From assembly GCA_964611355.1 (NCBI GenBank), contig CAZSYD010000018.1, positions 1 to 39,868 on the forward strand: a stretch of 39,868 bases of DNA. The letters are read 5' to 3'. Below the pieces are notes generated by a model. It was given only the letters and a program-made list of their open reading frames with translations. It was not told the DNA's origin and did not search any database. The position numbers were made by a program, and so were the translations under genes. The DNA comes from an uncultured Ignavibacteriales bacterium. Lineage in GTDB: Bacteria; Zixibacteria; MSB-5A5; GN15; JAAZOE01. Each line of letters starts with the position of its first letter. Positions within the stretch are counted from its first letter, which is position 1. Positions 8,189 through 18,239 of the stretch are shown here, one piece after another.

Positions 8189-9409
8189 ATGTTTGGAAGA
8201 GTTATCGCGGGAATTATGGCTGTCCTGTTAATTCCGGCGATTGTTACGGCTGCCGACCCGACAGCCTGGGTGATTAACACCACGGCCGAAACCTTGTCAA
8301 AGATCGACCTTAACTCGCAGGTAGTCACCAACGATGTCCTTACTCTTGGATCGGATATCGATTGTTACCCGAACCAGATAGCTGTCCGTGATACCCTGGC
8401 TTATGTTCTCAATTCCGGCACCGATGAAATACAGATAATCGATATCAACAACGAGACGACCGTCGGCTGGATCAACTTTGATCCCGGCAGCAATCCGTAC
8501 TGGATGGCTTTTCTCAATAATCAGTATCTCTATGTAACTCTGCTGACCGACAACAGCCTGGCCAAGGTTGATTTGAGCACTAATCAGATTGTCAAAATTA
8601 CCGAGGTGGGTAAATCGCCGGAGGGAGTCATCATATATAATTACAAGGCTTATATTGCTATTACTGCCTACGATTTCGTTACCTGGACCTGGGGTCAGGG
8701 TGAGGTGGTTGTCTATGATACCGAAACCGATGAAGTCGTTGACGTGGAGATTTTAACTTCGACTAATCCGCAGTTTCTTGATATTGACCGCGAGGGAATA
8801 ATCCACTTGGTTTGTACCGGCAATTACTGGGATGTGCCCGGAGTTATCTTTTTAATAGATCCTGCCATCAACGCCGCTTTTGATATTGTCGAGGTCGGCG
8901 GCACGCCCGGCCATATCTCTATTGCCCCTAATGACATCGCCTGGCTGGCGGCGGGCGGATGGGTTGCCGACGGCGAAGTTTATATGTACAATGCCGTCAC
9001 CCATGAAATCTACCACGACGCGGCCGACCCGCTTCTTGTCGATTCAGGGGCCGCCTCGGTGGCCGTTTACCAGGATTCGACCGCCTTTGTGTTGACTTTT
9101 AACGATATAGTTTCCCGCCACGACGGTTCGGGGGCGGAGATTAACGCTTATAGCCTGGGCGACGGCCCGGTCAATCTTGATTTTAGCTATATCCCCGGCG
9201 ACGCCAACGGCGACTGGAACGTCAATCTGGGCGACGCCGTTTACCTGTTCAACCATATTTTCCATTCCGGCCCGAAACCGGTATTTCCGGCCTGGCGAGC
9301 TGATGCCAACGCCGACGGCAATATCAATATCGGTGATGCAGTTTACCTGGTAAATCATATTTTTAATAATGGCGACAGGCCGAAACTCGGGATGGCGTGG
9401 CTCAGGTAA
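8189..9409 (+). CDS. Secreted YncE/BtuG-like beta-propeller with C-terminal dockerin domain
   Basis: GGAGG RBS; signal peptide; YVTN-like repeats (AYVLNSG, LYVTLL, VGKSPEG); C-terminal GDANGDWNVNLGDAVYL...ADANADGNINIGDAVYLVNHIF. Confidence 0.8.
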   Translation: MFGRVIAGIMAVLLIPAIVTAADPTAWVINTTAETLSKIDLNSQVVTNDVLTLGSDIDCYPNQIAVRDTLAYVLNSGTDEIQIIDINNETTVGWINFDPGSNPYWMAFLNNQYLYVTLLTDNSLAKVDLSTNQIVKITEVGKSPEGVIIYNYKAYIAITAYDFVTWTWGQGEVVVYDTETDEVVDVEILTSTNPQFLDIDREGIIHLVCTGNYWDVPGVIFLIDPAINAAFDIVEVGGTPGHISIAPNDIAWLAAGGWVADGEVYMYNAVTHEIYHDAADPLLVDSGAASVAVYQDSTAFVLTFNDIVSRHDGSGAEINAYSLGDGPVNLDFSYIPGDANGDWNVNLGDAVYLFNHIFHSGPKPVFPAWRADANADGNINIGDAVYLVNHIFNNGDRPKLGMAWLR

Positions 9410-9554
9410 GGCCGGGGCTTAGCCGCCTCGCGTCATGCACGGTTTATATTCTATGACGCCTTTGGTTGCCGCCCCGGCCGGTTCGGTCGGAGTTATTCTT
9501 TTATAGATGCAAAAAATAATTTGTCGTTGCTGTCCTGAGTGTATAATATGCGTA

Positions 9555-10682
9555 ATGCGGAATTTTCTGGCGATATCAATTCCGGCGTTGCTTCTCATGA
9601 CGTCGCTATTGGCGGCCCAAGATGATAAAATCCCCGGTTTTTCGCCCTACATGGGCTTGTCGGTACCTTATCCGGAAACAATCCCCGAATTGACCGTCGA
9701 ACCTCCCGGGGACCGGCGAATAACCAACGGTTTCCGCACTGCCCGTATCGTCGTTGATGCACAAGGAAAGGTACGCGATTTGGTTTTCTCGGAGGATTCC
9801 GCCTACTGGTTTGAACCTCTCGTAAATAAACGGGAAGAAATACGGTTTGGTTTCTCGGAAGGCAGAAAACTTAAAGATACGTTAAAAGTGCCGGTGCAGT
9901 TGGAATATTACGGTCCGGCTCAAAACAAATCGGTCAGGCTTCATTTCCCCGTATCACAGGATATAGTCTCCAACAAACCGTTATTGGAGGAGTTTTTCGA
10001 TATCAATAATATCAAACCTCCGGCGGTGATCGACCTGCCGCCGGTAAACTGCAAGGTTGACCGTGCGAAAAGGGAGCCGGATTATCTTACCATAACGGCC
10101 CTGGTTTCTCTTGATGAAAACGGAGAACTGCTTGACCTTGCTTATCCCATTCCGGGCCAGGATCAGATGACTCACCGGATACATGTTGCTTTGATAAACG
10201 CCGAATTCGAACCGGCCCGAATCAATGGTCAACCGTTTGCCTGTAATTTCCTTCTGACTTTCCGGATATTCGATAACATCGGATACCCCTTTTCGCCTTT
10301 CCAGCCGCATGATTCTATGCGAACGCCGGTGGTTACGGAAAAATATTTCATGACGCGGTATTTCAATCACCGGGATATATCCGTGCCGGCGTTACCGAGG
10401 AGATTCGCTTCGGGAACGATACTGTCCCCGGAATATGGCCGCCGAGTCCACGGATGGCTGGTAGCTGAGATCGGAATAAATACCGAGGGAAGAGTTAGTT
10501 TTGTCTCAGTGCATCATCGGAAAACCAAACGAGCCAGCGCCGCTCGAGAGGTTCTGATGACGACAACATGGTATCCCGCGGCAGACTGGCGCGGTAAGGC
10601 CAAATTATTCTCAGGCAATGTCCGGTTGGAGTTTAACCGTACCCGAAATGTCGTATATATCCCCGAATGGATCGAAAAATGA
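9555..10682 (+). CDS. Exported protein with up to three TonB C-terminal-like domains
   Basis: Start re-assigned to the ATG at 9555 (signal peptide MRNFLAISIPALLLMTSLLAA); TonB_C-like segments VVDAQGKV, SLDENGEL...FEPARINGQP and INTEGRV...WYPA. Confidence 0.6.
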   Translation: MRNFLAISIPALLLMTSLLAAQDDKIPGFSPYMGLSVPYPETIPELTVEPPGDRRITNGFRTARIVVDAQGKVRDLVFSEDSAYWFEPLVNKREEIRFGFSEGRKLKDTLKVPVQLEYYGPAQNKSVRLHFPVSQDIVSNKPLLEEFFDINNIKPPAVIDLPPVNCKVDRAKREPDYLTITALVSLDENGELLDLAYPIPGQDQMTHRIHVALINAEFEPARINGQPFACNFLLTFRIFDNIGYPFSPFQPHDSMRTPVVTEKYFMTRYFNHRDISVPALPRRFASGTILSPEYGRRVHGWLVAEIGINTEGRVSFVSVHHRKTKRASAAREVLMTTTWYPAADWRGKAKLFSGNVRLEFNRTRNVVYIPEWIEK

Positions 10683-10937
10683 CGCAAAAATTGCGACTTG
10701 TAAGGCCATGATTTATGGCTACTTACGAGCAGAATAGGCAACTCGTCTGTTTTTACGGATTAATCCTTGGAGGTAATCATCGATTTCGGCGCAAGCGTCG
10801 TAACATACTGTCGATTAATATATTGCGGGCGGAAAGGAAATTCTTCGACGGCATGTTTTTTGTTGCTCTTCGTCGGCAAATAATATATCCGGATTTTGCC
10901 TGGAAGAAAAAGCAGCGCATATCTGTATAAATGATAG

Positions 10938-11198
10938 ATGATGAAGATTCAGCAGTATGTAAATATGACCTCGGCCCTGATCGTGTTTGTGGGTGGAATG
11001 GTGATAGTCTTTTTCTATCCCGGTCATCTGGAGCGTCATTACCGGGTTCTTATCGGAGTGTTTGTATCGTTCTATTTTTTGATTCGTGTGGGGCAGACTG
11101 TGATTGCCGTTCGGAAGAGCCGCCGGAGTAAAAAGGACGGTTTTAAATACTTGATTGATAAGAACGAAGAGAAGATGGATGAACCAAAAATCCCTTGA
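10938..11198 (+). CDS. Small two-TM membrane protein
   Basis: 86 aa, two hydrophobic helices and a charged tail. Confidence 0.6.
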   Translation: MMKIQQYVNMTSALIVFVGGMVIVFFYPGHLERHYRVLIGVFVSFYFLIRVGQTVIAVRKSRRSKKDGFKYLIDKNEEKMDEPKIP

Positions 11199-11222
11199 CT
11201 TCAAAAGGTTTTTTTGTATTAT
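11195..11222 (+). promoter_or_regulatory. Putative sigma70 promoter of the TPR-exbBD-tonB operon
   Basis: TTGACT-16 bp-TATTAT. Confidence 0.5.
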
Positions 11223-11268
11223 GCGCCTTATTGATTTTGAATATATTCGAAAGGTTTTGGCTGGTAAC

Positions 11269-13068
11269 ATGATTGAATTTCGTTCCATAGCACGGTCCCT
11301 GGGATTGGCCCTGCTTGCCGTTATGGCTGTTTCACTGCCGGCTTCCGCATATGATTTCAAGCCGGAGATTGTCGATGCCTTGAACCGTAAAGACACCGCC
11401 CAGGTTCTGGCCTTGATCGACTCGGAGTTGAAACTCGATCCCAATTACGCTCCGCTTTACTTATTGAAAGGTCAGATATTTTTCGCGCGGAATCAAACCG
11501 ACGAAGCTCTGGAACAGTTCGAACTGGCCCTGAAAAAGAAATCAAAGTTGTATGAGGCGCTCTATTATAAAGGCCTGGTCATGCTCGAGAAGGACAATCT
11601 GAAAGAGGCCGAAAAGGCGTTCAACAAAGGCGTGAAAAAAGCCAAAATCGATAAAGCGCTTTTCCATAACGGTAAAGGTCTTCTTCACCTCAAGATGGAA
11701 CAATACGACCAGGCCGATGTGGAATTTCGCAAGGCAACTCAGGTTGGTCCGGACCGGGCTGAATTTCACGCCAACCTTGGCGACGCCAACTATTTTTCGG
11801 AAGTTTACGCCCTGGCGATCAGCGAATACAATAAAGTAATCGAGATGGATACAACCAATCTCGATATATACTTCAGGCTTGCGCGCGCCTATGTGGCCCA
11901 GGGTCAGTACAACGAGGCTCTGAGTCAGCTAAGTATTGTGCTGACCCGCGACAGTGCCTATGGGCAGGCATGGAAAGAAGCCGGAAGACTTTATACCATG
12001 GCCGGTCTTTCCGCCAAAGATAAAGAAGTCAAAGAACAACGATTCAAAGAAGCGATCGGCTCGTATAGAAAGTATCTGGAACTGACCAGCGATTCCACCG
12101 ATGGCGAAACATTTTTCAATCTGGGGCGGTCTTACTTCAACCTGAGTGGCTTTGCACAGGCTGATTCCGCCTTTGGATATGTTCTTTCGCTGGGGGATGT
12201 TCCCAAGAATATCTATCTGTATCTCGGACGGGGTTATATCGGTGAGGAGAGATATCAGGAAGGGATCGAATTCTTTAAGAAGCATCTTGACTGGTTGAAA
12301 GAGACGGATCCCGATTGGGAAGCCGGTCAGTGCGATGCCGATATCTTCCGCCGTATCGGAGACGGCTACAAGGCGATTGAGGACTTTGCAGGCGCTGCCG
12401 AAAACTATGTCCGGGCGGTCGAACTTGATTCGACCAACGGACGCTGCGCAGTGGAAGCTGCGCTTGCCTATCACCAGTTGAAAAATTTCCCGGATGCGTT
12501 GAAGTATTACCGGAAGCGAATCGAAATCGGCCCGGATTCGTGGAATATCTATCTTAACGCAGCGTATTGCACGCTCAAAATGGAAGATTTCGAGCAATCG
12601 GTTGAGTATTTGCAGAAAGTAGTTGAGCTTGATTCGACCAATGAGAAAGCGCATGTGCTTCTGTCGAATACTTATTTATATCAGTTGCATGATTGCGGAA
12701 ACGCGGTTACGTGGACAAAGAGATGGCTTGAACTGGATACCACCAACTGCGACGCCTATCAGAGCATGGGCTTCGCATACTTCGGCGGCACCTGTCCGGC
12801 TGATTATCCGAGAGCCGTCAATTATTTCAAGAAGACGCTGAAATGTTTCAAAGCCAGGGGAATGGACAACTGCGGGAATTCTGACGTCATGTTAAATGTG
12901 GCCAAGGCCTATCATCTTCATGCCTTTGATCTGGCCGAAGCCAATAAGAAAGAGGAGTCCAAGAAATATTTCAAGAACGCCTTTGACTGGTACAATAGAG
13001 TTTTGAAGTGCGATCCCGGCAATGCCGAAGCCAAGAAAGGCGTTCGGGATACCGAGTTTGAATTCTAA
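11269..13068 (+). CDS. Exported tetratricopeptide repeat protein
   Basis: Start re-assigned to 11269 (signal peptide ending ASA); TPR repeats throughout. Confidence 0.88.
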   Translation: MIEFRSIARSLGLALLAVMAVSLPASAYDFKPEIVDALNRKDTAQVLALIDSELKLDPNYAPLYLLKGQIFFARNQTDEALEQFELALKKKSKLYEALYYKGLVMLEKDNLKEAEKAFNKGVKKAKIDKALFHNGKGLLHLKMEQYDQADVEFRKATQVGPDRAEFHANLGDANYFSEVYALAISEYNKVIEMDTTNLDIYFRLARAYVAQGQYNEALSQLSIVLTRDSAYGQAWKEAGRLYTMAGLSAKDKEVKEQRFKEAIGSYRKYLELTSDSTDGETFFNLGRSYFNLSGFAQADSAFGYVLSLGDVPKNIYLYLGRGYIGEERYQEGIEFFKKHLDWLKETDPDWEAGQCDADIFRRIGDGYKAIEDFAGAAENYVRAVELDSTNGRCAVEAALAYHQLKNFPDALKYYRKRIEIGPDSWNIYLNAAYCTLKMEDFEQSVEYLQKVVELDSTNEKAHVLLSNTYLYQLHDCGNAVTWTKRWLELDTTNCDAYQSMGFAYFGGTCPADYPRAVNYFKKTLKCFKARGMDNCGNSDVMLNVAKAYHLHAFDLAEANKKEESKKYFKNAFDWYNRVLKCDPGNAEAKKGVRDTEFEF

Positions 13069-13093
13069 TCCGGAACGTTCAACAGGAGATCGT

Positions 13094-14092
13094 ATGGCTG
13101 AAGGAGAAAATAAATCGCAATCTTTTGAGAGTTCGAATGAGCGGTTTAAGTATATCGGCTTTGATGTTTTTCCGGGAAAACCCGGAAACATCTTCAAGTC
13201 TGAAGAGGAGCGCAGGTCGCTTATCGAAAGGGTCATGCGTAAATTCACCCGGAGCCAGGGTGAGGTCCGCGATCAATGTACCCTGATGGAAGAGCGGGTC
13301 TCAACGTTGGAGAAAGCGTTCCTGGCAGTGGCGGCCGTGGTGCTGATCGTCTCGCTCTTTTTGCCCTGGTTTTCCGGCTATTATGAAATTGTGACAACAA
13401 GACAGGTCTCCAGTGAAGGGGGGGGGGTGACTGCGGCAGTGGCCGAGGCCGGTGAGACGCCGGTTGTTGACTCGGCGGCCATGATGGCGGCGATTGATCC
13501 TGCCGCGACCGCCGAATCGGCCGAAAATGTGCCGGCCGGAGGAGCCAACGAGGGTACGGGCGAGATGGCGGCAGTCACCGATACGGAACAGCCGACTGAT
13601 ACCGGCGCTGTCACGGGAACGGTTGAAGGTAATGCTGAAAGAATGATGACCGTCACCGAAGTTACCCATGACAACAGGTCATTATCGGGGATCCGCGCCA
13701 TTCTGGCGTTGGGAACATACGGATCGATGGTCTTTTCCAGCGGTTTTATTTTGGTCATCTCCGGGATTCTAATGATTGTATTCTTTCTTGGTTGTATTAT
13801 CATGGCGGTTCTCAACCTGTACGTTCTGTATTTCGTAAAGAAGCCGAGCCCCGATGAGTATGCTCTCTACCTTAAGAAAATGCTGCGCTACAACTGGATT
13901 CCGGTGTTCATCTGGCTGGCTGTTTTTGTGCTTTCATTTATTGGCGCGGGATACGGTTTTAACCACGAAGGTATGGTAAAACAGGTGGGTAATTCATACG
14001 GGGCCGCCGCCTTTTTGGGCCTGGCTTCGTTCGGTATGTACATTACTCTTGGCGCTTTTCTGATCTTAGCGCTGAAGGGAAAAGAGATTTAG
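13094..14092 (+). CDS. Multi-TM membrane protein with Ala/Thr/Glu-rich linker
   Basis: AGGAG RBS before ATG 13094; one TM, a low-complexity linker, then about three TMs; directly upstream of exbB. Confidence 0.78.
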   Translation: MAEGENKSQSFESSNERFKYIGFDVFPGKPGNIFKSEEERRSLIERVMRKFTRSQGEVRDQCTLMEERVSTLEKAFLAVAAVVLIVSLFLPWFSGYYEIVTTRQVSSEGGGVTAAVAEAGETPVVDSAAMMAAIDPAATAESAENVPAGGANEGTGEMAAVTDTEQPTDTGAVTGTVEGNAERMMTVTEVTHDNRSLSGIRAILALGTYGSMVFSSGFILVISGILMIVFFLGCIIMAVLNLYVLYFVKKPSPDEYALYLKKMLRYNWIPVFIWLAVFVLSFIGAGYGFNHEGMVKQVGNSYGAAAFLGLASFGMYITLGAFLILALKGKEI

Positions 14093-14135
14093 GATAATAG
14101 AGGTTAAAAAACGATAGAGCGGAGGAATTGAAGCG

Positions 14136-14894
14136 GTGAAACAGACAATTTTCGTTACCCTGAATACGCTGATTTCATTTGGTATCGGCTGGTTTTTGTG
14201 GAGTGTCATCTTTGGCGGGGCTGACAGAAGTAGTCTTCTTTATACCTTACACCAGGGCGGCCCGCTGGTTATCATTCTGATATCTATTCTGTTGATGCTT
14301 CTGGCTTTTGTGGTGGAACGCTTCTTGTCGCTTCGGGTAGCCAAAGGCAAAAGTTCGGTCCAGGTCTTCTTCAAGAATCTGATTACTCATTTGCAAACCA
14401 ACGACTATGAATCGGCCCTGGCTGCTTGCGACAAACAGCGAGGTACAACGGCCAATGTTCTCCGAGCAGGCATTGAGCGGTATATCCGTGTGAAGGATAA
14501 TCCGGAAATGCACGTTGAAAAGAAAATATCCGAAACACAGACGGCGATTGAAGAAGCTAATGCTCTCGAAGGACCGCTTCTGGAACGCAACCTGATTGCC
14601 CTATCTACAATTGCTTCCATAGCTACCATGGTCGGTCTTCTGGGGACTACCATCGGCATGATTCGAGCTTTTGCGGCCACCGGCCATACGGCCGGCGGCG
14701 TTATCGATGCTCAGGAACTGGCGCGTGGCATCTCCGAAGCGTTGGTTAATACGGCCGGCGGTCTGGTCTCCGGCATTCTGGGCATTCTCTTCTATAATTT
14801 CTTTGTAAACAAGGTCGATGCCTTCAACTATACCACTGACGAGGCCACCTATGAGATACTGCAGTTGTTGAAGGCCAGGGAGGCTTCGAAGTAA
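14136..14894 (+). CDS. exbB: MotA/TolQ/ExbB proton channel protein
   Basis: LSTIASIATMVGLLGTTIGMIRAF...GISEALVNTAGGL. Confidence 0.92.
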   Translation: MKQTIFVTLNTLISFGIGWFLWSVIFGGADRSSLLYTLHQGGPLVIILISILLMLLAFVVERFLSLRVAKGKSSVQVFFKNLITHLQTNDYESALAACDKQRGTTANVLRAGIERYIRVKDNPEMHVEKKISETQTAIEEANALEGPLLERNLIALSTIASIATMVGLLGTTIGMIRAFAATGHTAGGVIDAQELARGISEALVNTAGGLVSGILGILFYNFFVNKVDAFNYTTDEATYEILQLLKAREASK

Positions 14895-15365
14895 ATGAGG
14901 ATTAAGAAGAAGAGACGGATGGGTGTCCATATTGATATGACTCCGATGGTCGATATCGCCTTTCTTCTGTTGATCTTTTATATGACGACCACGCAGTTCA
15001 AACCGCCGGAGAAAAAATCGGTCGATTTGCCGTCGTCCCATTCTCAGATATCGTTGCCGGATAAGGATGTGATCAACGTGACCGTCACCAAGGAAGACTC
15101 AATTTACGTTGAGTACATTATCAAAAGGACGGTTACGATAGACGGAAAAGACGTATCCATGCCGACCCGTATTTACGATGAAGCGACCGTCCATAATGTC
15201 GGCGATTATATCAACGGCGCCCGGGTCAGGAATCCGCGAGCCTTTCTGGTAATAAAAGCGGATAAGAAGTCCAGCTATGGGACGATGGAAGGAATAATGA
15301 AAACGCTTCAGGAGCAGAACCTGAGCCGTTTCCAGATTGTTACAAGTATGGAGCAGGATATCTAA
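14895..15365 (+). CDS. exbD: Biopolymer transporter ExbD/TolR
   Basis: DMTPMVDIAFLLLIFYM TM motif with conserved Asp; IKADK. Confidence 0.92.
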   Translation: MRIKKKRRMGVHIDMTPMVDIAFLLLIFYMTTTQFKPPEKKSVDLPSSHSQISLPDKDVINVTVTKEDSIYVEYIIKRTVTIDGKDVSMPTRIYDEATVHNVGDYINGARVRNPRAFLVIKADKKSSYGTMEGIMKTLQEQNLSRFQIVTSMEQDI

Positions 15366-15384
15366 TTAAAGGTGGTGAATAGAT

Positions 15385-16011
15385 ATGGCAGGAGCGCCCG
15401 TAGGAGGAAACAGGCCGGCCCGCGGTAAAAAAGCGGGCATCAGGCGGCCCAAGCAGCGAATAGCCATCCGTATAGATATGACCCCGATGGTCGATATCGC
15501 TTTTCTTCTGTTGATCTTTTATATGGTGACCACGGTGTTTTCCATGCCGCAGGCGATGGAAGTAAACCTGCCGCCGAAAACCGAAGAAGACCAGATACTC
15601 AAGATCAAGGAATCAAACGTCCTGATTATTCATGTGGATGAAAACGATGAATTCTACTGGAATATGGGGCGCGAACTCCCGGTGCTGATGAAAGCCGATT
15701 CACTCCGGAAACTGCTGGTTGATCAGAATAAGGCCAACGCCAAGCTGAATACCCTGGTGATTGTTCATAAGGATGCCCGTTATAAATCGATGGTGGATAT
15801 CCTCGATGAAATCGACCTGATCGAACGTTCATTTAACGCGGCGACCGCCAGGGAACTGGAAGTGACGATTAAGGAATTCAACGATCCCAGCAATGATCGT
15901 TACGATGAATTCAAGGCCAGAAGATTTTCCTATCGCTATGCCATGGCGCCCTGGGAAGACCGTGATACGCGTATTATAGATAAAGTGCTTTCACTTCAAG
16001 GTGGTGAGTAA
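15385..16011 (+). CDS. exbD: Second ExbD/TolR paralogue
   Basis: DMTPMVDIAFLLLIFYMVTT; ARYKSMVDILDE. Confidence 0.9.
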   Translation: MAGAPVGGNRPARGKKAGIRRPKQRIAIRIDMTPMVDIAFLLLIFYMVTTVFSMPQAMEVNLPPKTEEDQILKIKESNVLIIHVDENDEFYWNMGRELPVLMKADSLRKLLVDQNKANAKLNTLVIVHKDARYKSMVDILDEIDLIERSFNAATARELEVTIKEFNDPSNDRYDEFKARRFSYRYAMAPWEDRDTRIIDKVLSLQGGE

Positions 16012-16013
16012 TT

Positions 16014-16742
16014 ATGGCCAGGGCAATAAGTATTCCATACGGCGCCTTTGAACTCAAAAGAACCTATCAAAGAAATATGCTGATGGGGACGTTTTCGACG
16101 ATTCTCCTGACCGTCTTTTGTATCTTTGCGGTTTGGCTGTACAGAGTCATAACCTACGAAGAAATCGGCGAGGCCAAAAACGTTATCAGGATTAAGACCA
16201 TAGCCGAACTCGGTGCGCCGCCGTCGCTGGCGGCCAAACCGCCGCAGATCGATATCGCCAAGCCGAAAGTGGCGGCTCCGAGAGTCGGTGTCCCCACGCC
16301 GGTGGCTGACGACGAGGTTATTGACGAGGATATGGTCATCGCTTCGCGGGAAGAACTGCAGGAAATCAACGCTCCCGTTTTCTCGAACGATGGTGAATCC
16401 GGAGCAGAACTTATTATTGACATCCCGGAGGCCGATTACATGCCTTCGCCGGATGAGTTTATTCCCTGCGAGGTGCAGCCGGTGCAGGTATATGAGGAGG
16501 AGCCGGGCTATCCGCGGCTGGCCCGCGATGGCGGATTTACGGGTAAGGTGATCGTCCAGGCTTTCGTTGATAAAAACGGAGAAATAAAAAAGGCCCAGGC
16601 GATCAAGTGCGACCGGCCCAATATGGGTTTTGAGGAGGCTGCCGTCAAGGCCGCTTACAAGTGTCGGTATCGACCCGCCATCCAGAACGGCAACCCGATC
16701 GGCGTCTGGATATCGTACACCGTTGAGTTCGTACTGGAGTAA
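16014..16742 (+). CDS. tonB: Energy transducer TonB
   Basis: N-terminal TM, Pro-rich linker, TonB_C domain (PGYPRLAR...GKVIVQAFVDKNG...YRPAIQNGNP). Confidence 0.9.
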   Translation: MARAISIPYGAFELKRTYQRNMLMGTFSTILLTVFCIFAVWLYRVITYEEIGEAKNVIRIKTIAELGAPPSLAAKPPQIDIAKPKVAAPRVGVPTPVADDEVIDEDMVIASREELQEINAPVFSNDGESGAELIIDIPEADYMPSPDEFIPCEVQPVQVYEEEPGYPRLARDGGFTGKVIVQAFVDKNGEIKKAQAIKCDRPNMGFEEAAVKAAYKCRYRPAIQNGNPIGVWISYTVEFVLE

Positions 16743-16752
16743 AGATGACATC

Positions 16753-16778
16753 CGGGGAGAGTAAATAGCCTCTCCCCG
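16753..16778 (+). terminator. Hairpin after tonB (terminator or stabiliser)
   Basis: cggggagag/ctctccccg 9-bp stem, no strong T tract. Confidence 0.45.
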
Positions 16779-16936
16779 AATTACCCCTCAAGGGCATTCC
16801 GCCGGCCCTGATTTTCTCTTATCCCTCACGTCAGTAGCGCATTAAGGATGTATTTTCCGCTGTGTTGCAGATATTCAGCGGAAGAATCTTCCGGGAAAAA
16901 AGGAAAGGGAACAAAAACCTTTACCCGGAGGGAAGT

Positions 16937-17233
16937 ATGCATCCGACACTCAGCTATCGGCGCCAACCGGTCGCTAAAAACCAGCGGCGGGAAGAAATCA
17001 AGACAGCGGCTGTCGAATGGCGGCAGGAATGGATTGTGAACTTCTGCCTGGCCTCGATTCTGGCGCTTTTGATCCTGTTAATGTCGCTTTCCATTTATCT
17101 CGTATTCAGCAAGCCGGTTTATCCCACTACGCCCGAAACCGAAAGCACAGACTATAACGGCAGAACTTATGCGCTTATTAAAAAAGCAGACCCCGGTAAA
17201 TTACCATTGGACGAAACCATGAAGCCGTCATAA
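16937..17233 (+). CDS. Small single-TM hypothetical protein
   Basis: GGAGGG RBS before ATG 16937; one hydrophobic helix; lies between two tonB genes. Confidence 0.55.
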   Translation: MHPTLSYRRQPVAKNQRREEIKTAAVEWRQEWIVNFCLASILALLILLMSLSIYLVFSKPVYPTTPETESTDYNGRTYALIKKADPGKLPLDETMKPS

Positions 17234-17303
17234 CCCCGCCTTTTTTTAGGCCGGGCTATTTGCAGTGGGCCCGGCCAAACTCAAGTATGAGGAGGGCCAA
17301 AAA

Positions 17304-18038
17304 ATGTCTAAGGCAATTAACCTGGAATACGGAGCTTTTGAACTAAAAAAGCGATACCAGAAGAATATGATGCTGGGAAACCTTTCCGTAGTGATGCTGG
17401 TCTCGGCGTTGTTGGTTTTCCTGTGGGTTTACCCCCTTTCATCCCCGGCCAAGGTTGATATTACCGGCGGCGGGGAGAAGATACTTGATTCGATAATTAT
17501 TAACCTCCAGCCGCGACCAGATTTTACCATTCCCCGTCCCAAACCGGGGATATATCCCGGGGGAAATATAAAAGCAAAGGTAGGCAAACCGGTCATAATC
17601 CCGGATGATCTCGAAGGCGAAGAAGAGACATCGCTTTTGAACCGAAGTGAGCGGTTTGCTCTCGTTTCTGGTCTGCCTTCCGGCGGTGGAGGAGGAGAGG
17701 GACCTTTTGCAGGTGTGCCGCCTGTTGATGGCCATATCCCGTCTCCGGATACTTTTATCCCTGTCGAAAAACTGCCGGTGATCATCCATCAGGAACCGTT
17801 GGTGTATCCTCGCCTGGCACTCGAAGGCGGGTTTCCGGGGAAGGTTGTTATCGAAGTCTATATCGATAAGAAAGGCGATGTTAAGATGGCTCAGGTGGTA
17901 AAATGCAACCGTCCCGGTATAGGATTTGAAGAAGCTGCCATTGAAGCGGCTTATAAAAGCAAATATCGTCCGGCTATTCAGAACAACGAACCGGTCGGCG
18001 TCTGGATATCATACACGGTAAAATTCGTCTTGCAGTGA
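17304..18038 (+). CDS. tonB: Second TonB paralogue
   Basis: GAGGAGG RBS before ATG 17304; YGAFELKK N-terminus and TonB_C domain similar to 16014..16742. Confidence 0.88.
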   Translation: MSKAINLEYGAFELKKRYQKNMMLGNLSVVMLVSALLVFLWVYPLSSPAKVDITGGGEKILDSIIINLQPRPDFTIPRPKPGIYPGGNIKAKVGKPVIIPDDLEGEEETSLLNRSERFALVSGLPSGGGGGEGPFAGVPPVDGHIPSPDTFIPVEKLPVIIHQEPLVYPRLALEGGFPGKVVIEVYIDKKGDVKMAQVVKCNRPGIGFEEAAIEAAYKSKYRPAIQNNEPVGVWISYTVKFVLQ

Positions 18039-18157
18039 TCGAGGTTGACGACTTCGCCTTATTGGTCTCAAGGGGGGTCGGGAACGGCCCCCAACCGCCT
18101 CCGGTGGGTATTATTTTAAGGCAATACAATAATCCGTATCTCTCTGAATAATATATT

Positions 18158-18204
18158 ACCCTATATATTGTACTACCCGGAAGCTATTATCCAACATATA
18201 GTAA
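18158..18204. promoter_or_regulatory. Tandem NrdR-box-like operators
   Basis: ACCCTATATATTGTAC (18158-18173) and ATCCAACATATAGTAA (18189-18204); starts 31 bp apart; resemble the acaCwAtATaTwGtgt consensus. Confidence 0.6.
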
Positions 18205-18239
18205 AGTCAAAAAATTATCTAAAAATTCAATAAATTCCC

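Noticed and set aside
10815..12654. Minus-strand ORFs of 209 aa and 241 aa
   Set aside because: Antisense to well-supported genes; no recognisable motifs
15996..16751. 251-aa minus-strand ORF
   Set aside because: Mirror frame of tonB
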